A stretch of 25,120 bases of DNA, taken from positions 1 through 25,120 of the IMG/VR virus record IMGVR_UViG_3300044300_000899, one strand, 5' to 3'. Shown in pieces: positions 1 through 6,258 of this stretch (position 1 is the first letter of the stretch; every line of letters starts with the position of its first letter). Both the position numbers and the translations under genes were made by a program. Below the pieces are notes generated by a model. That model was not told the origin of the DNA and searched no databases. It saw nothing but the letters and a program-made list of their open reading frames with translations. The stretch comes from a virus. Lineage: Duplodnaviria; Caudoviricetes.

Positions 1-42
1 AACTAATAAAGATATAGACAACGTTACAGGCCGCTTAAAAAA

Positions 43-537
43 ATGAAAAACTCTCTTTTCTTCCTCGCTGCTTTCCTCGTATCAACTCCTCTTAGGGCTG
101 ATATACATCACACTATTTCGGCGTCGGCGAGTCTCACTACTACAGCGGCGGCAACTCAGGCAACCCGCGTCGGTTCAAGTTTTTCGATTTCGGGTACTGG
201 GGTTGATACTGCTATAGGAGATAACGCCGGGCAATTATCAGCGGGTACGATCACATCAGGAATCTATAGCCCCGGCACTGTAGTCGCGACGCAGAATAGT
301 TCAAATGGGGAGGCGTATTCCTTCAGTTCTACATATTTGCAGGGCGATGTAGTCCCAACTTCGGCATTAACAACAGGAGCATCACCTAATTTCAGTGACG
401 TAATTTCTACCGCCGCAGGTTCAGCAGGTGACGCCGCAGCAACCTTGACTTCTGCGCAGGCTGTAGGTTTAACAGCCGGAGGGCCGGGTAGTCAGGTCGT
501 GGGCCAAATAATTTCAGAAATAAAAATTACCGACTAA
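43..537 (+). CDS. Secreted Ser/Thr/Ala/Gly-rich protein of unknown function (cassette protein 1)
   Basis: 164-aa ORF. Sec-type signal peptide (MKNSLFFLAAFLVSTPLRA/D). The mature part is rich in small residues with beta-strand patterning at both ends and no Cys. Resembles, from memory, a conserved cyanophage hypothetical family. Confidence 0.8.
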   Translation: MKNSLFFLAAFLVSTPLRADIHHTISASASLTTTAAATQATRVGSSFSISGTGVDTAIGDNAGQLSAGTITSGIYSPGTVVATQNSSNGEAYSFSSTYLQGDVVPTSALTTGASPNFSDVISTAAGSAGDAAATLTSAQAVGLTAGGPGSQVVGQIISEIKITD

Positions 538-632
538 TGCACGTTCCAATTCTTGCCTGTTCTATAGCTGTCTTAATTTTTTGTTTAATTAACTTTTTAA
601 TGTGGAAACATTACATGGATATTCATAAATAA
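537..632 (+). CDS. Unannotated 31-aa single-pass membrane peptide (MHVPILACSIAVLIFCLINFLMWKHYMDIHK)
   Basis: Read by hand. The ATG overlaps the upstream stop (TAATG, 535-539) and its stop overlaps the next ATG (TAATG, 630-634). It contains a hydrophobic stretch of about 20 residues. Confidence 0.7.
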   Translation: MHVPILACSIAVLIFCLINFLMWKHYMDIHK

Positions 633-1060
633 TGAAACGAGTTTTTTTGTTGTTATTGATATTTAATGAGCCAATAGCAAAGGCAGAGAAAATTGTTCCT
701 AATTTTCAACAAGGAATATTAACCCAACACAGCGAGACTAAAAGCGTTATTTTGCGCGACATGAAAATATTTGATATGAGGTCAGGATACCAATTCACAG
801 TTGGCGGTGCTAACGTTAAACCTTCTACAGATAATATTGCACCAACAGGATTTACAGAACAAACAGGAACAATAGGGGGAACAGCTACAACGTATGTATT
901 ACCTGATTTATCAAATAAACCTGCTTATTCAATCGTTAATGAAGGCGCGGCGTTTTCTTACTATGAAACACTAGAAACCCCCGGAATCCAGACATATACA
1001 CATCTAGTAGAAGAACACACTATTGAAAATATTACTGACAGTACAAGTACTTTTCAATGA
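632..1060 (+). CDS. Secreted protein of unknown function (cassette protein 2)
   Basis: 142 aa. Signal peptide MKRVFLLLLIFNEPIAKA, then IVPNFQQG. Thr-rich with beta-strand-like termini, ending STSTFQ. Confidence 0.8.
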   Translation: MKRVFLLLLIFNEPIAKAEKIVPNFQQGILTQHSETKSVILRDMKIFDMRSGYQFTVGGANVKPSTDNIAPTGFTEQTGTIGGTATTYVLPDLSNKPAYSIVNEGAAFSYYETLETPGIQTYTHLVEEHTIENITDSTSTFQ

Positions 1061-1080
1061 GAAAAAATGTTATTTAGTTA

Positions 1081-1764
1081 ATGAAAAAATATTTATATTT
1101 AATCGCTCTATTTATCCCTGTTAATTCTTCTTTTGCAAACACGATTAATACAACTAGTCAATCCTCCGGGTCCGTCGTTAATCAGGCCGTACAAGTGGTG
1201 CCAGCAAGACAATTTCAGTACGCTATTTCTAACACAAGTTGTCAGGGCGCGACATTAAATATTAGCCCATTTCTTTCTTCTACCTATAGTTTTGGTTCAC
1301 CTTATGAACCTTATTATGATCGGCCAATCTATTCAACAAAAGATATACTTGGTGACTTTGACGACGCTGGAAATCCGACAGGTGACGGTGATGTGGATGA
1401 GCCAAATTTAATTTTAAGAACAGAACGAGTACGAACAGGTATGCAAGCCGGGAACACTTCTTTAAATGGTGGGATTACAGCAACCTTCTCTATACCTATC
1501 GGGAACCAATCAGCATTAAGAAGTTGTAGGAAAGCCATGAAAAAGCAAGTCGAATTATATGAAGCTTCCCTAGCATCTAAAAGATTAAATTATGAAATGA
1601 CGCGGTTGGCTACATGCGGCAAGCACTTGAAAGAGGGATTAGTTTTTATTGGTGAAATGGCTAAAATCTGCGCCGATGTTCGTTTAGTAACGCCGCCTAA
1701 TGTTAAACATACACACGCTATTTCTTTAACGGGGGAAGATCCCGTTTCTGACGATAAAGATTAG
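1081..1764 (+). CDS. Secreted or outer-membrane candidate protein with 4 Cys (cassette protein 3)
   Basis: 227 aa. Signal peptide MKKYLYLIALFIPVNSSFA. Amphipathic strands (GATLNISPF; NGGITATFSIPIG) are followed by a helical region. An acidic loop DFDDAGNPTGDGDVDE is present. Confidence 0.8.
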   Translation: MKKYLYLIALFIPVNSSFANTINTTSQSSGSVVNQAVQVVPARQFQYAISNTSCQGATLNISPFLSSTYSFGSPYEPYYDRPIYSTKDILGDFDDAGNPTGDGDVDEPNLILRTERVRTGMQAGNTSLNGGITATFSIPIGNQSALRSCRKAMKKQVELYEASLASKRLNYEMTRLATCGKHLKEGLVFIGEMAKICADVRLVTPPNVKHTHAISLTGEDPVSDDKD

Positions 1765-2332
1765 TTTTAATTTCTGATCGGGTTAATTTCTTTTCTTTTT
1801 TACCTAATAACTTTTTAACTTTCCCAACTAATTGTTTGAATAATGGTTTTAATGCTTTCGTTAAAATTGGCGTTAATGTTGCCGCACTTGTCGCGACTAT
1901 TGTTATTCCGAAAGTAGTAGCAGCAACCGACGCACTTGGTAAATATTTATCAGCTATATTTGTTGGCCCCCATATCTCAACACATTTTTTATTAACAACT
2001 TCAAAACCAATGACCTTTTCTTTTGCTTTGGTACTTAAATCTCCTAATCGATAAGCCTGATCTTTTGCAGGACAATCAATTTCTTTTTCCTCTGGTAAGA
2101 CATCCTCGCCGGGTAAATCAGCATCAGGAGGATTAGCAGGATCAGGAGGGTTAGGCGGTTGAGCCTTTTGCACATATTGCATTTTCTTCGGGTTATATTC
2201 GATCGGCGTATAACTAGGAATTAAAAAGTCTATCCCCGGTTTTTGTACGTTTAATTGTCTTGTGATATGGGGTGTATTAATTAAGGTGTTAATCTTTGGT
2301 ATCTGTATTTTTTGAATCTTTTCTATTTCCAT
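1718..2332 (-). CDS. Pro-rich membrane protein of unknown function
   Basis: 204 aa. Pro-rich linker (PPNPPDPANPPD), a Cys pair, a hydrophobic segment (VAATTFGITIVATSAATLTPIL), then a Lys-rich amphipathic helix. Confidence 0.75.
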   Translation of the reverse strand: MEIEKIQKIQIPKINTLINTPHITRQLNVQKPGIDFLIPSYTPIEYNPKKMQYVQKAQPPNPPDPANPPDADLPGEDVLPEEKEIDCPAKDQAYRLGDLSTKAKEKVIGFEVVNKKCVEIWGPTNIADKYLPSASVAATTFGITIVATSAATLTPILTKALKPLFKQLVGKVKKLLGKKEKKLTRSEIKTNLYRQKRDLPPLKK

Positions 2333-2343
2333 TCATACAGCTT

Positions 2344-2778
2344 TCAAGTAGGAGCAACGGGCCAAGTAATATTAAATGGATCTGATTGAGTTGTTATATC
2401 TCTCAACGCTTGTCTATAAGTTTTCCAAGCATCACTAAGCGTTAGATCAGAAGAAGCTCGCCAATCTGTTTCTTGTAGTTTTAAATTTCTTTGAAATCTA
2501 ACATCATGCCATTTTGCTGTATTTAAAGCTGTTACTTCATCTGATGTTGTTGATTCAACTTTAACGCTATAAGCTTTACCACTATCAACATAAGCATCAA
2601 CTTTAGATAACTTCTCAGAAGGGCTAGAATAACTTAAGTTTTCAATAAGTTCAACAACAGAATTATCGGTTAAAAATTGACTATTAGGCCCAGATTTTGG
2701 AAAGGATGTATTAGGAAAAAGTGTTTTTAGTGATCCTGTTTGTTTGACGGTTGCTCCATCTAAAATTGCATAGTTCAT
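2344..2778 (-). CDS. Tail fibre assembly chaperone-like protein
   Basis: The C-terminal W..VR..RN..L..TDW...D......W..YRQALRDIT...WP..P motif is typical of phage tail assembly chaperone (Tfa-like) proteins. It follows the fibre genes. Confidence 0.8.
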   Translation of the reverse strand: MNYAILDGATVKQTGSLKTLFPNTSFPKSGPNSQFLTDNSVVELIENLSYSSPSEKLSKVDAYVDSGKAYSVKVESTTSDEVTALNTAKWHDVRFQRNLKLQETDWRASSDLTLSDAWKTYRQALRDITTQSDPFNITWPVAPT

Positions 2779-3576
2779 TTAAGTGTACCTCGAAGATTCT
2801 TGGGAATAATTAGTAGACACCTCAGATGAAGTTAAGGCCTTACCTTTGTATAGTCTAACAATTGAAATCCTGTCTTGAAATGAATAGCTTGACGCCCAGC
2901 CACCTATTCCACCGACATAAAATTTAGTACCTGAATAAAAAGGCATAGTTGTTATAGAAGTATAATTGTTTGTACTGGCCAAAGAATTATTAATATATAC
3001 TTTTCCAATATCATAACTACCTGATTTATCTAAACTAAAGACCAAATGGTTCCAACCATTATCGTTTAAAGAATGATCTTCATTACTAGGTGTAGAAAAG
3101 GCGGAAGTAGTTCTCACGTATTGCACCCTCTGCACGGCACCGTATGAGGTAGAAGTGTTGAATGAATAAGCAAAGAATGACCAACCATATTGACCAGCAT
3201 CTGCAGCATATGGATATATACCAGCTATAGTTTCTATATAAGAATACTCAAGCTTAAACCACGCCTCGAAAGTAAAACTTCCATCGTCAAAATCAAAATA
3301 ACTAGCATTAGGAAACTCTATCCCTGAACCTGTCGCATTAGATGAACCTTGACCATCAAAGACCCATGCTCCACCATCATCTGAACTATAAGTAATGTTG
3401 GAATTAAAGGCATCGTTAGTAATACTTCCTACTAAAGAATTAACTGTTGTACCTGATCCTGAATAGCTTGAGGTATTACCTGCATCAATATGAAACACTA
3501 AATTATCAGTAACACCACTAAACGCACCACCACCAGCAGAAGGAACGCCACTAGCTCTTAAAAAGTGGTTTCGCAT
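2779..3576 (-). CDS. LamG/concanavalin A-like lectin-fold virion protein (putative receptor-binding)
   Basis: Motifs LVFHIDAGNTSSYSGSGT, FTFEAWFK, WNHLVF, KVYINN and ISIVRLYKGKALTSSEV. Start moved to the ATG at 3576 (MRNHFLRAS), which overlaps the upstream stop as TAATG. Confidence 0.8.
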   Translation of the reverse strand: MRNHFLRASGVPSAGGGAFSGVTDNLVFHIDAGNTSSYSGSGTTVNSLVGSITNDAFNSNITYSSDDGGAWVFDGQGSSNATGSGIEFPNASYFDFDDGSFTFEAWFKLEYSYIETIAGIYPYAADAGQYGWSFFAYSFNTSTSYGAVQRVQYVRTTSAFSTPSNEDHSLNDNGWNHLVFSLDKSGSYDIGKVYINNSLASTNNYTSITTMPFYSGTKFYVGGIGGWASSYSFQDRISIVRLYKGKALTSSEVSTNYSQESSRYT

Positions 3577-4172
3577 TATGCAACATCCCCAACATGACAA
3601 CCATATAAAGTACTAGCTATTTTCCAAAGTTCTATACAGCTATAACCACTCGTTGCCAATGTTGGAGCACTACCACCCACCCAAGTCATTGTAGGCCAAG
3701 TAATTGTATAAGCGCTGCCATCATCAACCATTAATAACATTGATTGACCTGCTGTAAGACTTTCTGTAAGTGTTGTATTAGCTCCTAAAGCTTTATATTG
3801 AACTGTTCCGTTATCAGGGTCTAATGCTGTACCAGTACAGTTATAAACATTTTCATTTATTGCATCTTCAAAGGTGACTGACCCTGTAAATGTTCCTCCA
3901 GTAAGGTTTACTTTTAATGCATCAGCCGTATCAACATACGCTTTAACTGACTGTTGAGATGCTGCTTTTGTAGCACTATTTGTAGCAAAATTATCTTCAT
4001 CTAATAATGCGGTCGTTAATTGAATCAATGATGATCCTTCTTTTACATATAACGTATCTTCATCTTGAGCATAAACAATTTCACCTTCTTGTAAATCTGA
4101 AAGGCTACTATTTAAATTTGAATAAGAACCTCTTGCGATTCTTACAGGTGTTCTGGTACTTGGTGTTGGCAT
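3576..4172 (-). CDS. Fibre-like protein with an Mtd_N-like N-terminal domain
   Basis: The N-terminus PVRIARGS...LQEGEIVYAQDEDTLYV resembles the major tropism determinant/hyaluronidase N-terminal domain. It also has a SQQSVKAYVD fibre motif and a C-terminal TITWP..TWVGGSAPTL domain. Confidence 0.7.
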   Translation of the reverse strand: MPTPSTRTPVRIARGSYSNLNSSLSDLQEGEIVYAQDEDTLYVKEGSSLIQLTTALLDEDNFATNSATKAASQQSVKAYVDTADALKVNLTGGTFTGSVTFEDAINENVYNCTGTALDPDNGTVQYKALGANTTLTESLTAGQSMLLMVDDGSAYTITWPTMTWVGGSAPTLATSGYSCIELWKIASTLYGCHVGDVA

Positions 4173-4543
4173 AATTAGGTTCCGAAATCGCCCCCGTCAA
4201 AGATATTACTTGTTGTTATTGTAGAGGTTCCATTTGCAAAATTCCCCCCGTCAATTAATAACGTTGTTGATGTAGATGTGTTAGTAAAAGTAATTTTGTC
4301 GCCTGATCTTGCCACAGATAAACCCGTACCAGCTTCTAAGACAACATCATCAGTACCTGAACCGCTACCGCCTGCCGTTAAACGTATTTTCTCCTCATCT
4401 GTGTTATCTCCATCAACGCAGGAAATACTATAAGTAGTATTTGTATTTGCCCCGCCTGCATTTGCATCAACGTATGCTTTAACAGACTGTTGACTAGGTA
4501 CTTTTGTAGCTGAATTACTTGTGAAATCATCTTCATCTAATAA
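3930..4543 (-). repeat. Two copies of a 78-nt / 26-aa fibre motif (3930-4007 and 4466-4543)
   Basis: LLDEDNFATNSATKAASQQSVKAYVD versus LLDEDDFTSNSATKVPSQQSVKAYVD: 21/26 identical aa with many synonymous differences. Confidence 0.9.
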
Positions 4544-4993
4544 ATCAGAAGCTATAGAATAATTATTTGCGGAGGTTGCAACACCATCTAATTTTGTTTT
4601 TAACGCATCAGTAAAATTATTTTTGGTTAAGCCTCCATCTCCTATTGCATAAGTTGTATTTGTATCAGGAGGGACGGCCCATTCCATCCCATTACTTGTA
4701 TAACCTAAAAATTTATTTGTCCCTGTTGGCGCTGCGTGTATATCTAATTTAGATTCGGCAATTGTGTCATCAAGAATCTTTGCATTATTAACAGCATCAT
4801 TATCAATGGTCCAAGTTGCGGAACTATTAGAAACAGTTATATCACCTTTATCACCATCCGAAACACTTGGGCCTTGTGCTCCTGTTGCTCCTTGTATTCC
4901 TTGCGGCCCGGCTGCTGTAACTTGAACAGTCGAAACGCTATCATTTAAGATCTCAACTGTATTTTTTTGTTCTGTGATACTTACGGAAGTCAT
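4175..4993 (-). CDS. Tail fibre/adaptor protein with short collagen segment
   Basis: GPQGIQGATGAQGP collagen triplets, DGDKGDITVS and NNFTDALKTKLDG fibre motifs, the SQQSVKAYVD repeat, and two C-terminal DGG.F motifs. Confidence 0.7.
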   Translation of the reverse strand: MTSVSITEQKNTVEILNDSVSTVQVTAAGPQGIQGATGAQGPSVSDGDKGDITVSNSSATWTIDNDAVNNAKILDDTIAESKLDIHAAPTGTNKFLGYTSNGMEWAVPPDTNTTYAIGDGGLTKNNFTDALKTKLDGVATSANNYSIASDLLDEDDFTSNSATKVPSQQSVKAYVDANAGGANTNTTYSISCVDGDNTDEEKIRLTAGGSGSGTDDVVLEAGTGLSVARSGDKITFTNTSTSTTLLIDGGNFANGTSTITTSNIFDGGDFGT

Positions 4994-5325
4994 GATGTAT
5001 AGCCTTCTTTAGCTGTTACTGTTCCGACCAACCAATAATCACTATTGCTACCAGTTGTCAGCCTTAAATCGTAATATGAAAGATCCGGTAAAATGCTTGT
5101 TTCCGTATCCGTCAAACTTAGAGTAATTGAGCCAGTAGAAGCATTGGTGATAGTACAAGTTACATCAACATGTTTTTTTGTTCTTTCTTTGTTCCAAATT
5201 TGAGCCAACGCTGAATAAGAACTTAAATTAACTGCTGAACCGGTTGAATCTTTTAAAACAATAGGTTGACTCCAATCGCTGCGACGATAAAGCGTAATAT
5301 TAAAAGTTCCAGGGCTGACGGACAT
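4990..5325 (-). CDS. BppU_N/collar-like small beta-sandwich virion protein
   Basis: 111 aa. The pattern FNITLYR..DW....LKDSTG.AVNL..Y...AQI...G.ITLSLT..ET..L....YDL matches fibre-attachment/baseplate upper proteins. ATGA overlap with the next gene. Confidence 0.65.
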   Translation of the reverse strand: MSVSPGTFNITLYRRSDWSQPIVLKDSTGSAVNLSSYSALAQIWNKERTKKHVDVTCTITNASTGSITLSLTDTETSILPDLSYYDLRLTTGSNSDYWLVGTVTAKEGYTS

Positions 5326-5464
5326 CTAATTTTTGCTATGCAAGCATATTAACAGTTTTGATCTTTCTTTTCTATTTTATTTTTTTGATTATTTAATAGA
5401 ACAGATTCTTTTAACCGTAGTAAAGCCTCTTTGATTGCTTCGGCTTGCAAAGAATTTACCCATA

Positions 5465-5671
5465 TTAAAAAGGAAGGGCGGGGCCGGTTGATGTAGGAAG
5501 CTTTATGTCAGGAACAGGTATTAGCTTTGTAATTTGATTTGTCAAATAAGCTTTTGCTTTAGCTTGGTTGGTTGGGTTCTTAGCGTAGAAATAAAGACCC
5601 GTACCGCCTGCCAGCACTCCCACTATAAAGACTGAATTAGCGATAACAAGGACATTAATAACTTTTTTCAT
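5465..5671 (-). CDS. Small single-pass membrane protein of unknown function
   Basis: 68 aa with an N-terminal hydrophobic helix (VINVLVIANSVFIVGVLAGGTGLYFY) and a Pro-rich tail. Confidence 0.7.
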   Translation of the reverse strand: MKKVINVLVIANSVFIVGVLAGGTGLYFYAKNPTNQAKAKAYLTNQITKLIPVPDIKLPTSTGPALPF

Positions 5672-5686
5672 AGCTAGACAAGTTCA

Positions 5687-6013
5687 CTAAGACCAAGGGA
5701 CACCAACTCTTTCAGTTGGAGTATTAATTAAATCAATTTCAGCTTTTAAGCCGGCTTCAATAGCTGTCACTTGTGTTGCTCCTACTGCAGTTTTCACCCA
5801 TTCCAAGCACTTAGCAGCGGTCAAAGAGTCATACGCGACGAAATCAGAAGGCAGAGAAGAAGGCTCCGTAAATTCAACTTGACCGGTTGCTCTTGCTTTC
5901 TCTTCGCTTCCGTCCATACCCTTTACCCTGTATACAATGGTTTTGACGAATCCATTTGAAACGTTTGCAACCATGTTTTTGTCGTTAATTTCCCAACTGT
6001 AAGAAATAGCCAT
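5687..6013 (-). CDS. Conserved phage hypothetical protein associated with fibre genes
   Basis: 108 aa. The MAI.Y.W.I...G.V..I.YRV...FV.YD.LT...CLEWVK...GVPW pattern is recurrently seen after marine phage fibre genes (from memory). Confidence 0.7.
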   Translation of the reverse strand: MAISYSWEINDKNMVANVSNGFVKTIVYRVKGMDGSEEKARATGQVEFTEPSSLPSDFVAYDSLTAAKCLEWVKTAVGATQVTAIEAGLKAEIDLINTPTERVGVPWS

Positions 6014-6036
6014 TAGTCGATGATTTTAGTAATAGT

Positions 6037-6201
6037 TTAGTCGCCTTCTGCGACTTGTTCTTGTAATAATTCTACCCTTGCCTGCTTCTTTGTGATTGCT
6101 TGCAGTTTTTCTTGTTGAGAAGAAGCAATAACATTATATTCTTCCACTAAGGCTTTCAGATCTGCTGATTCAATATCAAGGCGTTCTTGAGGTGTAGGCA
6201 T
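6037..6201 (-). CDS. Unannotated 54-aa coiled-coil protein (MPTPQERLDIESADLKALVEEYNVIASSQQEKLQAITKKQARVELLQEQVAEGD)
   Basis: Read by hand: ATG at 6201, TAA at 6037-6039. It fills the gap between two co-oriented genes, has a heptad pattern, and lies just downstream of a promoter-like sequence. Confidence 0.75.
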   Translation of the reverse strand: MPTPQERLDIESADLKALVEEYNVIASSQQEKLQAITKKQARVELLQEQVAEGD

Positions 6202-6222
6202 TAGATTTTAATATGTCTACGT

Positions 6223-6251
6223 AGCATAGGGTCAACTCTCGTTATTGACAA
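6223..6251 (-). promoter_or_regulatory. Sigma70-like promoter TTGTCA-N17-TATGCT
   Basis: Intergenic, 17-nt spacer, near-consensus boxes, 21 nt upstream of the ATG at 6201. Confidence 0.55.
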
Positions 6252-6258
6252 GTACGGA

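Noticed and set aside
1057-1083. In-frame ATG AGA AAA AAT GTT ATT TAG TTA ATG suggesting TAG read-through or recoding
   Set aside because: TAG acts as a normal stop elsewhere (1718, 5687), long genes contain no in-frame TAG, and the ATG at 1081 already gives a complete signal peptide.
43-1764. Calling the cassette a curli (csg) operon
   Set aside because: No CsgA/B Gln-Asn repeats, no lipobox-bearing CsgG-like protein, and only a PNF tripeptide resembles CsgF.
1329-2054. Antisense ORFs 1329-1538 (-) and 1836-2054 (+)
   Set aside because: They are fully nested opposite better-supported genes and have no recognisable motifs.
3930-4543. Repeat pair near an Mtd_N-like gene as a DGR template/variable repeat
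   Set aside because: Differences are not adenine-specific, both copies are mid-gene and coding, and no reverse transcriptase is present in the window.
6245-6250. Perfect plus-strand TTGACA as an antisense promoter
   Set aside because: No acceptable -10 box lies 16-18 nt downstream; it overlaps the minus-strand -35 box.
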